Positions 51,082 to 60,822 of a stretch of DNA of 64,000 nucleotides are shown here, one piece after another; the stretch's first letter is position 1, and each line of letters begins with the position of its first letter. The notes below the pieces were generated by a model. That model was not told the origin of the DNA. It saw only the letters and a list, made by a program, of their open reading frames with translations, and searched no databases. A program made the translations under genes and the position numbers. Source of the DNA: an uncultured Aliarcobacter sp. (GTDB taxonomy: Bacteria; Campylobacterota; Campylobacteria; Campylobacterales; Arcobacteraceae); the NCBI GenBank assembly GCA_963677435.1, contig OY781945.1:1920001-1984000 (forward strand), given 5' to 3'.

Positions 51082-53451
51082 CTAAACTTCCACAACCCGC
51101 TCAAACATCTCTTTTATTTCCATTTCATGGCTTATCAGAAATATTTGTCTATATTGTTCTTTGATAGTATGGAAGGCTTCTAGGATTTCCATTCGTCTTG
51201 CTTCATCTTGGCTTCCGAACACTTCATCAAAGGCTAGAAATTCTACGCTACTTGCGCCACTTAATTCACTGAGTGTTTTTGATATGGCGATTCTTAAAAC
51301 TAAGTTTGCTAGGTCTATTTCACCACCACTAAATCTTTCGATTGGGTATTTTTTTCCTTCATCATAAATGTAAAAGTCAAAGTCATTTGATACTTCTATG
51401 TGTTGGTATTTACCTTTTGTGATTTGGGCGTACATAGTTGAGGCAATCTCAGAGATTCTTGGTGCTACTTTTGAGTTTAGTTTTGTTTTAAACTCGGCTA
51501 GGCTTATTTTGATTTTTTCGTAGTCGTTTAGGTCATCTTTTTTTGTTTGTACTTTTGATAGCTGTATTTCGTTGTTATTTAGGCTCTCTTGGATAGTTTT
51601 GATTTGTCCTTGGATAGTGGCTATTTTTACTTTTAGTTCATTTATAACAGCTGTTAGGCTATCTTTTTTGGCTTGTACCTCATCGTATTGTTTTATTTTT
51701 TCTTGGTGTTTTACCTCATCGTAGTTTATAGCTTGGAATTCTAGGTCTTTTTGTAAAAGTTCTAGGTTGTATTTGTCTTGGTTTTGAATTGAGGTTTGTA
51801 GTTCTTCTTTTATACTATCTACTCTTTTTAGCATAGTTTCAAGACTTAGTACATATTCGTATTTTGTTTTTAGCTCTTTTTGTTTTAAAAGTAGTTGTTC
51901 GTGTATAGTATTATCGTAAGAGTAGATTTCTAGTTTTGCTAGTTCGGCTTTGTTTTTAACACCTTTTTGTGTCACTTTTTCAAAATGCTCTTTTTGGATT
52001 GTTAAGTCTCTGTTTTTACTCTCTATTAGATTTATTGCTTTTGATAGTTCAAAGTGTTCTTTTATATATGCTTTTTGAGACTCTTCTATTTGCTCTTTGT
52101 TTTTTTGTATCTCTTCTAGGTTTATAGAGGCTTTGTCAATTTTTTCTTTTTGTGTTGTTTTTACTATATGCTCTAATGAGAGTATTACATTATCATACTC
52201 ATCAAGAAGTGGTCTTGTACATGTTGGACAATTTGACTCACGGCCTAAGTTTGTGATATTTTCTATCTTTTTTGAAATATCACTTATTAGCTTTTGCTCT
52301 CCTGCTATTTCTTGAAGTAGTGTTTTTTCTTGAGTTTGTATTTGTAGAAGTGTTTGTTTTATACTCTCTAGTTTTAGCTCAAGGGCTTTTTCTTTTTCTA
52401 CTAGCTCTTTATGCTCTTTTGTTTCAAACTCTAAAAGGCTTATTGTCTCTTTTGATTTTTTGTACTGATCTCTCAGTTCATTTTGCTCTAGGATTAAACC
52501 CTCTTTTCTTATGTGAAACTCTTTTAGTTTCTCTTGCTCTTTTATACTCTCATGTAAGCTTATATACTCTTCTTTTACACTTTGTAATCCTCTAAGCTCT
52601 TCTTGTTTAGTTTTTAGGTTATTTAGCTCAAGGGATAGCTTATCTTGATTTACTTGATGAGATTTTATACTATTTTTTAGAAGTTCACATCTTGCGTGTA
52701 GGTTTTGTTTTTGCTCTTTTGTTTTTGTATATAGTTCTAACTCTTGTTTTATAGTTTGTTCTTCTATTTTTGTATTATCTAAAAGTGTTGTTCTAGTGCT
52801 TATATCTTTTTGTATCTCTTGGCTTTGTTTTGTATACTCTACTATATACTCTTTTTTAATACTTATATCTTCAGCACTTAATAATACTTCTGTAAATGCC
52901 CCTATTTCTCGCTTTAGTTCTCGGCTTTTTTCTATTAGCTCTTTTTCTACAAAATCTATCTTTTCAAGACCTAGAAGTTTTCTTATCATCTTCTTTCGCT
53001 CTTCTGGTTTACTATTACTTAAACTTGTAAGTTCCTTTTGACTAGCAAATAAAGTATGAACAAAAGCATCTTTACTCATCTTTGTAAGATTCATTATGCT
53101 TGTAGTTACTTCTTTTGCTCCTGTTGTTATAAGTTCAGTGTTTTTATATAGTTTTGCATTGGCAGTTAGTGTTTTTCCTCTAAACTCTCTTATTACTTTA
53201 TACTCTATAGTGTCAAACTCAAAATCTAGCTCTACTATAACTGCATCTTTTGAAGAGGCATTTGAATTTCTTACTACTTCTTTATCACCTTTGCTTTTTA
53301 GTTCTCCATATAGGGCAAAGAGTATAGCTTCAAAGATAGTAGATTTTCCAGCGCCATTTTTTCCTATGATTCCTATAAGTCCTGATTCAAAGGCTATTTC
53401 AAAATTTGTGTACTTTTTGAAGTTTTCTAGTTTTAGATTAGTTAGTATCAT
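51082..53451 (-). CDS. sbcC: SbcC/Rad50-like SMC ATPase
   Basis: GKNGAGKST, long coiled coil with central CPTC zinc hook, FSGGE, FDEVFGSQD, ISH. Confidence 0.88.
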   Translation of the reverse strand: MILTNLKLENFKKYTNFEIAFESGLIGIIGKNGAGKSTIFEAILFALYGELKSKGDKEVVRNSNASSKDAVIVELDFEFDTIEYKVIREFRGKTLTANAKLYKNTELITTGAKEVTTSIMNLTKMSKDAFVHTLFASQKELTSLSNSKPEERKKMIRKLLGLEKIDFVEKELIEKSRELKREIGAFTEVLLSAEDISIKKEYIVEYTKQSQEIQKDISTRTTLLDNTKIEEQTIKQELELYTKTKEQKQNLHARCELLKNSIKSHQVNQDKLSLELNNLKTKQEELRGLQSVKEEYISLHESIKEQEKLKEFHIRKEGLILEQNELRDQYKKSKETISLLEFETKEHKELVEKEKALELKLESIKQTLLQIQTQEKTLLQEIAGEQKLISDISKKIENITNLGRESNCPTCTRPLLDEYDNVILSLEHIVKTTQKEKIDKASINLEEIQKNKEQIEESQKAYIKEHFELSKAINLIESKNRDLTIQKEHFEKVTQKGVKNKAELAKLEIYSYDNTIHEQLLLKQKELKTKYEYVLSLETMLKRVDSIKEELQTSIQNQDKYNLELLQKDLEFQAINYDEVKHQEKIKQYDEVQAKKDSLTAVINELKVKIATIQGQIKTIQESLNNNEIQLSKVQTKKDDLNDYEKIKISLAEFKTKLNSKVAPRISEIASTMYAQITKGKYQHIEVSNDFDFYIYDEGKKYPIERFSGGEIDLANLVLRIAISKTLSELSGASSVEFLAFDEVFGSQDEARRMEILEAFHTIKEQYRQIFLISHEMEIKEMFERVVEV

Positions 53452-54556
53452 AACTTAACTCCTCGTATTTAGAAAATAGTTCTTGTACCTTTGATTTTAG
53501 TCTTTCATACTCTTTATCTTCACTCTCTTCTTTTATATGCTCTAAGAAATACTCTTCTAGTGATATGGCTTCTAGGTTTTGTATATCTGAGTTTGAATCA
53601 CTTTTTTTAAACTCTCTTTTTATACTCACACTCATGGCACTTGGAAATATATCTTTGATTTGTTTGTTTTGTATATCTATAGAACTTAGTGGCGTAAGAT
53701 TTTTTAGTTTTACTTCTACTATAGCATCAAGGCAATCACTAACATCAAGATTTTGTATAGAAGTTTCATAATCCTCACAATCAATCTCTTTTTGTCGTAT
53801 AGCTCTTATGTTTATCTCTTTATACTCTATAGTTAAACTCTCTTCTAAAGTTGCAAGTATAAAACCTTTTGAGTTTCGTTTGTCATTTAGACTTGTTCTC
53901 TCACTACTTCCACTATAATAAACATTTTCATATTTACCAACAGCACCAAAGCCATGCCAATGTCCAAGTGCTACATAATCCATTTTAGAAAAGATATACT
54001 CTTTATCAGATGGATAAACCCACTCTCCAAACTCTTGCATCAAATACCAAGCTCCAACACTACAATGCATCATCATAATATTTTTTTTAGATTCACTTAT
54101 ATTTGCTTCACATGATTCTATTTGCATCAGGGCTTTTGTATCATCATTTAGATGAGGTAAAGTATGAAATACCACGTCATCAAACTCTATTTTTTTATAC
54201 TCTTGATTATATGAGACATAGATATTTTTAAAGTTCTCAAAAATCTTTAGAATTGGTGAGCTGAGGTTAGTTCGTGGAGTTGAGTGATTTCCAGCTATTA
54301 AGATAAATGGAATATCCAAAGACTCTATTTCTTTGAACTTTTCAAGAGCAAAGGTAATTGCTCTATTACTTGGACTACTTCGATGAAATAAATCGCCAGT
54401 ATGGATTATATAATCTGGTTTGATCGTTTTGATTTGTTCAACTATTTGGGAAAAAGCATCGTAAAAATCTGCTTCTCTTTGGTTTATATTTTCATTGTTT
54501 ATTATATCAAGGTCATTAAAACCTAGATGAGTATCGCTAAAATGTAGAATTTTCAA
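53438..54556 (-). CDS. sbcD: SbcD/Mre11-like metallophosphoesterase nuclease
   Basis: FSDTHLG, TGDLF, AGNH, ALGHWH, YSGS; overlaps sbcC. Confidence 0.88.
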   Translation of the reverse strand: MKILHFSDTHLGFNDLDIINNENINQREADFYDAFSQIVEQIKTIKPDYIIHTGDLFHRSSPSNRAITFALEKFKEIESLDIPFILIAGNHSTPRTNLSSPILKIFENFKNIYVSYNQEYKKIEFDDVVFHTLPHLNDDTKALMQIESCEANISESKKNIMMMHCSVGAWYLMQEFGEWVYPSDKEYIFSKMDYVALGHWHGFGAVGKYENVYYSGSSERTSLNDKRNSKGFILATLEESLTIEYKEINIRAIRQKEIDCEDYETSIQNLDVSDCLDAIVEVKLKNLTPLSSIDIQNKQIKDIFPSAMSVSIKREFKKSDSNSDIQNLEAISLEEYFLEHIKEESEDKEYERLKSKVQELFSKYEELSYDTN

Positions 54557-54590
54557 AGTTTAATCTTTTTGTTTTATTTTGTTAATAAAT

Positions 54591-54622
54591 ATTATAACAG
54601 ACAAATGACTCTCAAATGACTC
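54591..54622 (-). promoter_or_regulatory. Promoter of the sbcD operon with a perfect direct repeat
   Basis: CAAATGACTC at 54602 and 54613; minus-strand TG-T-TATAAT at 54591-54599. Confidence 0.55.
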
Positions 54623-54672
54623 AATTTCTCTTTTACTTGTTTTATTGCATATAAAATCTTATAATTCCAACC

Positions 54673-55527
54673 ATGGAAGATTTACTTGAAATCAAATTTT
54701 TATCAAGCCTAGAAAATGATGGCTTTGAAATTCTCACTTTAGATAAACTATTAGGAAAATATGATTTAACAAATCACTATATGACTAAACCCCATCGAAT
54801 CAAGTTTTACAATATTTTATATTTTACAAATGCAGATGATTATCACTATGTTGATTTCAAAGAATATCCAGTAAAAAAAGGCTCATTGATTTTTTTGAAT
54901 AAAAATCAAATACATAACTTTAGTAAAACTGCAAACTATCAAGGATATATCATCCTTTTTACTGATAAGTTTTTAAGTAGAAACCTTATCAATATCCAAA
55001 AAGTTTTTTATAATATCTTATCAAAGCCATATATTTTAGATAATTGTTTTGAAGAGTTTGAAACAATTTTCAAACAACTACTAAGTGAATATCAAGATAA
55101 AAACAATCTTTTTAAAGAGAAGATATTTACCTTACTTTTTAATTATCTGATTTTAAAATCTGAAAAGCTTTTATCACTCAATCTTGATAATAATCAAAAT
55201 GAAAAATATCTTACAATATTTGAAGAGTTCACAAAATTACTACAAGAAAACTATCAATTATCAAGAAATGTAAACTTTTATGCACAAAAACTCAATATCT
55301 CTTCTAAACACTTAAATATCTTATGTAAAAAGTTTTTAAATCTAAGTGCCAAAAATACCATTGATAATTACATCATTTTAGAAGCAAAAAGAGAACTAAT
55401 CTCAAACTTACCTATCAAAGAGATAGCTTACAAATTGGGCTTTATTGAAACAACAAACTTTGTTAAATATTTCAAAAAACAGACAAATATCTCACCTTCA
55501 AAATTTAAAGAACAATTAGGCTTTTAG
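54673..55527 (+). CDS. AraC-family transcriptional regulator
   Basis: PHRIKFY cupin, YAQKLNISSKHL, IKEIAYKLGF..FVKYFKKQTNISP. Confidence 0.92.
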   Translation: MEDLLEIKFLSSLENDGFEILTLDKLLGKYDLTNHYMTKPHRIKFYNILYFTNADDYHYVDFKEYPVKKGSLIFLNKNQIHNFSKTANYQGYIILFTDKFLSRNLINIQKVFYNILSKPYILDNCFEEFETIFKQLLSEYQDKNNLFKEKIFTLLFNYLILKSEKLLSLNLDNNQNEKYLTIFEEFTKLLQENYQLSRNVNFYAQKLNISSKHLNILCKKFLNLSAKNTIDNYIILEAKRELISNLPIKEIAYKLGFIETTNFVKYFKKQTNISPSKFKEQLGF

Positions 55528-55617
55528 TTTCATATTTACCATTTTTAATACTATTTTAACCTTTAAAAGATTTTTCATAAAGTGTAAACTTTCCTCATAT
55601 AAATCAAAGGATACAAA

Positions 55618-56316
55618 ATGAAAAAAAGAAATATATTATTAACAACAATTACTCTAATCTCTTTAGCATACTCATCATTAAATGCACAAGAGTTAAGTCA
55701 AAAGGAGAAAAGTATCTCACTTTTAGAGAAAGCTTTTTCAACAAATCAAGATAGAAGTGGTTTATCTTATATAAATGATAAAAAATATATTCAGCACAAT
55801 CTTTTTGCACAAGATGGAATTGGTGGATTAAAAGGATATTTGGATTATCTAAAAGGTCAAGAGTTAGAATATAAAGTTTTAATTGCATTTGAAGATAACA
55901 ACTATGCTGTAACTTTTTCTTTGTCTAAACAAGGAAAAGAAACAAATAAAGTTATTGATATTTTCAGATTTGAAAAAGGATTAATAGTTGAGCATTGGGA
56001 TAATGCTGAAGCACTAAAAAAAGATGACAACTTAAAAGTTGAAAAAACTGTTGATTTAGATAAAACCCAAGCAAATAAAAAATTAGTTAAAGAATTAATA
56101 GATAAAAAAGTATTAGATGGCACTTATCTGAAAAACCATTTGATTTTAGCTCAAGGTAATTTTGTTTTGGCACTAAATGAAATAGAAAAAGATAATCAAA
56201 AGATTTCACTATATGAACTTTTTGATGTAAAAGATTCAAAAATAGTTAAAAAATGGGATATTGAAGAAAAAATTCCACCTCTTTCACAATGGCAAAACTC
56301 AAACGGGAAATTTTAA
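55618..56316 (+). CDS. Exported SnoaL/NTF2-like protein
   Basis: Signal peptide, YIQHN, DIFRFEKGLIVEHWD and a degenerate second repeat. Confidence 0.75.
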   Translation: MKKRNILLTTITLISLAYSSLNAQELSQKEKSISLLEKAFSTNQDRSGLSYINDKKYIQHNLFAQDGIGGLKGYLDYLKGQELEYKVLIAFEDNNYAVTFSLSKQGKETNKVIDIFRFEKGLIVEHWDNAEALKKDDNLKVEKTVDLDKTQANKKLVKELIDKKVLDGTYLKNHLILAQGNFVLALNEIEKDNQKISLYELFDVKDSKIVKKWDIEEKIPPLSQWQNSNGKF

Positions 56317-56799
56317 AGATGGCTTTTGCCATCTTTATTTGATATTGAATATCTATTAAATCAACTTATAATGCTTATACTTCAATTATTTATAAAATTC
56401 ATAGTAAAAAACCTCTTAAAAGCTTGTATTATAGAATAAGATAATGCTACAATTTTATTACGAGAGTATAACTATCTTCAAATTTTTATCGTTTTTATCG
56501 TAATGTCAATTTTTTTATATTGAATTCAATAACAACTCTTCTTATTACTTGAAAAAGTAGTTTGACCATTATAATATTTCTGGAAGTCATTGTGCTCTTA
56601 AACCATGAAGTCATCACTAATTGGTTCATATTGTAATTAGCTGTAAAATTACAAAAGAGATTTAATTTTCTGATTATCATAATTATTAGATAAGGAAGTT
56701 TTATGGAATATGTTAGTGAATTAATATGGTTAAGTCTTTAGCCCATTGTTATATCAATAGATATAAACTTTATACAAAAAATGCAACAAAAGGAATAAA

Positions 56800-57195
56800 A
56801 TGATTGCAATACCAATAAAAATCAAAAAAGAAACTTGTTCTGTATCCACACTATTTGGAAAAGCTAAATATTTTGCGTTAATAAACAACAACATCATTGA
56901 AATTGTTAAAAATGAACAAACAAGCGGAAAAGCAGTAGCTGCTTGGTTAAAAAGCAAAAATGTAAATATACTTATCACTTCTCACATGAGAGAAAAACCT
57001 TTTTCAAGCCTTTTAAATGACAATATTCAAGTATATTTAGCAAAAGACAAAGAAGCAGAAATAAATAAAATTTTATTACAATATGCAGATGGTGAGTTAC
57101 CAATTTTAGATAAAGAAAGTTTCAATTTATATTTTAAAAAGTATTCTTTCAAAAGAAACTTAAATTCTAAAATCGCTCATAAAGCCCATTACTAA
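56800..57195 (+). CDS. NifB/NifX (dinitrogenase FeMo-cofactor biosynthesis) family protein
   Basis: IAIP...FGKAKYF...LITSHM. Confidence 0.7.
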   Translation: MIAIPIKIKKETCSVSTLFGKAKYFALINNNIIEIVKNEQTSGKAVAAWLKSKNVNILITSHMREKPFSSLLNDNIQVYLAKDKEAEINKILLQYADGELPILDKESFNLYFKKYSFKRNLNSKIAHKAHY

Positions 57196-57231
57196 AAAAA
57201 TTACAGAATAGAAATTTTAAAAATTTCTATT

Positions 57232-57672
57232 CTATTTTTTTTCTATTGTGGCATGATTTTTATGGGTTTTTAAAACTATTACCTTTTCACCCTCAACAAA
57301 CTCTTTTTCATCAAGTTCTGAATCAATATCCCAATAAGTAGCTTTATAAAAAACCTTTGAATTTTTAATTTCTCCTATTCCTTTTTCATCTAAAAAATTA
57401 TCTGAAATGTTTTTTCTTGATTTTAAAAAAGTTTCTAATACTTTTTTTCTAAATAGTATTAATAAAATCAATGAAAGAATAGAAGCTATTGCAATTTGCC
57501 AAACACCATCTGAAAAGATATAAACATAACTAATTAAAGCAGTTAAAACAAATCCAAATCCAAACCAAATAAGAACAAAAGATGCAATAACAGCTTCAAA
57601 AGCTATTAATGCAACTCCTATTGCAAGTAGGATATATGGGTCAATTACATTAAGAATTATTTGAGTTGGCAT
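57232..57672 (-). CDS. NfeD-like membrane protein
   Basis: Hydrophobic N-terminus plus small OB-like C-terminus; overlaps the SPFH gene. Confidence 0.8.
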   Translation of the reverse strand: MPTQIILNVIDPYILLAIGVALIAFEAVIASFVLIWFGFGFVLTALISYVYIFSDGVWQIAIASILSLILLILFRKKVLETFLKSRKNISDNFLDEKGIGEIKNSKVFYKATYWDIDSELDEKEFVEGEKVIVLKTHKNHATIEKK

Positions 57673-58579
57673 TACTTACACCTTTAAAAAATGCGTCACC
57701 TAAAACAGAAGTTGCTCCAACCATTTGTGCCACATCATAAGGTAAAATCATTTTATCTGTTGATCCACTTTCAGCCAATGCTCTAAATGCTGCAATTCTA
57801 TCTTTTGCAAGTAAGAATTCTGCTGCTTTTTCATTTTCCATCATAGAAATATTTATAAGTCTCATAGCTTCTTGTTGCCCAGCCGCCATTTGTTCTTGTT
57901 CATATCTTTTTGCATCTGCCATTCTTTCAATTGCTTCTGCTTTTAAAATCTCTTCTTGTTTGAAACCCTCAGCTTTTCTAATAACTGCTTCTTTATCAGC
58001 TCGTGCTTTTGTTTCGATTGCTCTTTTTTCTCTTTCTGCTTCCATTTGCATATTCATAGCTCGCTCAATTTCTGCTGGAACTGATATATCAGAGATTTCA
58101 ACTCTTGTTACTTTGATTCCCCAGTTAGCAGCTGCACTTCCTAGCTCATTTTGTAGTTTTGCATTTAAAGTCTCTCTATTTGATAAAGTATCATCTAAAT
58201 CCATTCCACCAATTTCAGCTCTTAGAGTTGTCATTGCAAGATTTGCAATTGCATTTTTAAAATCAACTACATTATAAGTAGCTTCCATAGCATCATCAAC
58301 TTTACAAAAAACAATACCATCAATAGAGATATTTACATTATCTCTAGTAATTACTGATTGTTTTGAAATATCAACTAACTGTTCTCTTGAAGTTAAGATA
58401 GCTCTTACTTGGTCAATTACTGGAATAATAAGATGAAAACCACCATGAAGTTCTTTATTAAACTTTCCTAATCTCTCGATAACATATAAATCAGATTGAG
58501 GAACAATCTTAACACCCTTTACAATAATTATAAACACAAAAAATATTATTGCAACAGCAAATACGATACTTGTTTCCAT
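57650..58579 (-). CDS. SPFH/stomatin (QmcA-like) protein
   Basis: ERLGKF, ITRDNV, TLRAEIG, WGIKVTRVE, AEREKRA. Confidence 0.92.
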   Translation of the reverse strand: METSIVFAVAIIFFVFIIIVKGVKIVPQSDLYVIERLGKFNKELHGGFHLIIPVIDQVRAILTSREQLVDISKQSVITRDNVNISIDGIVFCKVDDAMEATYNVVDFKNAIANLAMTTLRAEIGGMDLDDTLSNRETLNAKLQNELGSAAANWGIKVTRVEISDISVPAEIERAMNMQMEAEREKRAIETKARADKEAVIRKAEGFKQEEILKAEAIERMADAKRYEQEQMAAGQQEAMRLINISMMENEKAAEFLLAKDRIAAFRALAESGSTDKMILPYDVAQMVGATSVLGDAFFKGVSNANSNNS

Positions 58580-58658
58580 TGGATTCCTTTATTTTAAGTT
58601 AAGTCATTCTATCAGAAACCTGTCACATTTTATGTCACAGGTTTTAATAATCAAATAT

Positions 58659-59588
58659 TTACCTACTTTTGAACCATTCTTTTTGCTCTTGTTTATCAAA
58701 AAAAGTCCAAGCGATAACTCTTGTGATTTTTTGTCCTTGTGACATATCTATAGTTTTTATTTCAACGGCTTTTATATCTTCTAATGCTTTATAAATAAAA
58801 GGTAAATTCTCTTTTTTTGAAACTAATGTTGTAAACCAAAGGGAATTGTTTTGAAACTCTAAACTCTCTTTTATCATGTTTTTTATGAAAGTTACTTCTC
58901 CACCTTTGCACCAAAGTTCATTGTTTTTTCCACCAAAATTTAGAGCACTTTTTGCAGTTTTTTGTTTTGTTAGGTTTTGAACTTTTCTTTTATTTCCTTC
59001 TGTTGCATCTTTTAAAGATTTATGAAAAGGTGGATTGCAAAGTGTAAAATCGTAGATATCTTCTTTATTTATGATTCCTCTAAAGATATTCTCAGGTTTT
59101 GATTGTAGTTTACATTTAATTTTTTCTTTTAAAGAGTCATTTGAATTTACGACATTTTCAACAGATTTTATAGCCTCTACTTCAATATCACTTCCCACAA
59201 AATCCCAATCATAAACACTAGCGCCAATAATTGCGTAAATACCATTTGCTCCAATTCCAACATCTAAACCAATTATCGCTTTTCCTTTTGGAATAACTCC
59301 ATTGTTACAACTTGCAAGTAAATCAGCTATATGATGAATATAATCAGCACGGCCTGGAATTGGTGGACATAAATATCCATTTGGAATAGAATAATTTTCT
59401 ATTGCATAAAAATGAGCCAATAAGGCTTGATTTAAAGCAATAACAGCTTGAGGATTTGCAAAATCTATTGATAAATCCCCATATTTATTTTCTTTTACAA
59501 ACTCTTGTAATTGGGGTTTTGTTTTTATAAGACTTGGAAAGTCATATCTATTATTGTGAAGATTTCTTGGGTGTAATGTTTTTGTCAT
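58659..59588 (-). CDS. rlmF: 23S rRNA m6A1618 methyltransferase RlmF
   Basis: LHPRN, LCPPIPGRADYIH, CNPPFH, WFTTLVSK, MSQGQK. Confidence 0.93.
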   Translation of the reverse strand: MTKTLHPRNLHNNRYDFPSLIKTKPQLQEFVKENKYGDLSIDFANPQAVIALNQALLAHFYAIENYSIPNGYLCPPIPGRADYIHHIADLLASCNNGVIPKGKAIIGLDVGIGANGIYAIIGASVYDWDFVGSDIEVEAIKSVENVVNSNDSLKEKIKCKLQSKPENIFRGIINKEDIYDFTLCNPPFHKSLKDATEGNKRKVQNLTKQKTAKSALNFGGKNNELWCKGGEVTFIKNMIKESLEFQNNSLWFTTLVSKKENLPFIYKALEDIKAVEIKTIDMSQGQKITRVIAWTFFDKQEQKEWFKSR

Positions 59589-59599
59589 AATTTGTCTTT

Positions 59600-59974
59600 T
59601 TATAGATTTGTAAAAGTTAGTAATGCTTTTGCAATAACTCTTGTTTCTTCTTTTTTATAAATCAAGTGTGAGAAATCTGGATTTATTGAGATGAAGTACT
59701 CTTTTTCATCTATGATTTTTGCTTTTTTAATCCACATTCTTCCGTCTTTATAAACTAAAAATATAGCTTCATCTTCAAACTCTTTTTGAGATAAATCAGC
59801 AACAACCAAAGCTTTATCATTGATAAGTGTTTGCATTGATTTTCCATCTACTTGTATTACAAAAAGTGAATTAATCTTGTATGGAGTTTTTAATAAATCT
59901 TTTGAGAATTCTAACTCTTTTTTTTCAATTTTTCCAGCTATTTCTTGATGATATTCTAATTTTATTGTATTCAT
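59600..59974 (-). CDS. Stand-alone S24 peptidase (UmuD/LexA-like C-domain)
   Basis: AG dipeptide near the N-terminus, VDGKSM, IKK, SINPDF. Confidence 0.75.
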   Translation of the reverse strand: MNTIKLEYHQEIAGKIEKKELEFSKDLLKTPYKINSLFVIQVDGKSMQTLINDKALVVADLSQKEFEDEAIFLVYKDGRMWIKKAKIIDEKEYFISINPDFSHLIYKKEETRVIAKALLTFTNL

Positions 59975-60822
59975 TTAATTATATTTTTTAGATTTAAATT
60001 AAATCTATTTCCTTCTTCTAAAGTATCTATATTTATTGCAATTTTGTTTTTATCACAAAACTCTTTTACCATGGCAAGACCTAAACCAAAACCATCTTTT
60101 TTTGAGTCTTCTTGAAAATATTTATCAAAAACTATAAAAAGATTTTTTGTATCTATTTGCTCACCACTATTATAAATAGAAAAAATATTCTCTTTGAAAA
60201 ATATTTCTACTATTGGGTTTTCTTTTACATTGTATTTAATTGCATTTGAGATTAGATTATCAATAGTTTTTTCAAAACCATTCAAATCTGTAAAAAGTCT
60301 AATATTTGGAATATTTACTAAAATCTTCACATCTTTTTTTATATCATCAAATTTTTCGACACAATTTGTTACTAATTCATCTAAATAAAATTCTTGCTTT
60401 TCAATTTTATCTATCTCTTTTTTTATGTTGTATTCCATGTTTTCATATAGTTTTAAAAGATTATTAGATGCTTGTTTGATTCTATCTAATCTTTTTAAGC
60501 TCTTTTCATCGGTGATTGTTTTTTCCAAAAGTTGAGTATTCATCTTAATCGTAGAAACTGGAATATTTAACTCATGAATTGTCTCTTTAATACTAAGTTC
60601 TAATTTTTCATCACTTTTAAATAGAGGTTTTAAGATAGAGATTGAGAAACTCAAAAATATTCCTAAACCTAAAATTATCAAAGGAATAATAATAAATACA
60701 AAATTATCAGGATTTAATCCAAATCTTGAAATAAAAAAATAGTTTAAGTACAAAATAATTATCAATGAAAATACAAAAACTATAGAAATTGAAATTAAAA
60801 AATCTCTTTTTTTAGAATTCAA
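59971..60822 (-). CDS. Short sensor histidine kinase
   Basis: Two TMs, IHELNIP, NLISNAIKY, GFGLGL. Confidence 0.9.
   Translation of the reverse strand: MNSKKRDFLISISIVFVFSLIIILYLNYFFISRFGLNPDNFVFIIIPLIILGLGIFLSFSISILKPLFKSDEKLELSIKETIHELNIPVSTIKMNTQLLEKTITDEKSLKRLDRIKQASNNLLKLYENMEYNIKKEIDKIEKQEFYLDELVTNCVEKFDDIKKDVKILVNIPNIRLFTDLNGFEKTIDNLISNAIKYNVKENPIVEIFFKENIFSIYNSGEQIDTKNLFIVFDKYFQEDSKKDGFGLGLAMVKEFCDKNKIAINIDTLEEGNRFNLNLKNIIK

Noticed and set aside
56317..56799. 480-bp intergenic gap with small ORFs (56495..56680, 56754..56978)
   Set aside because: AT-rich, with no convincing RBS, motif or stable structure; a weak Fur-like palindrome near 56670 was too degenerate to call
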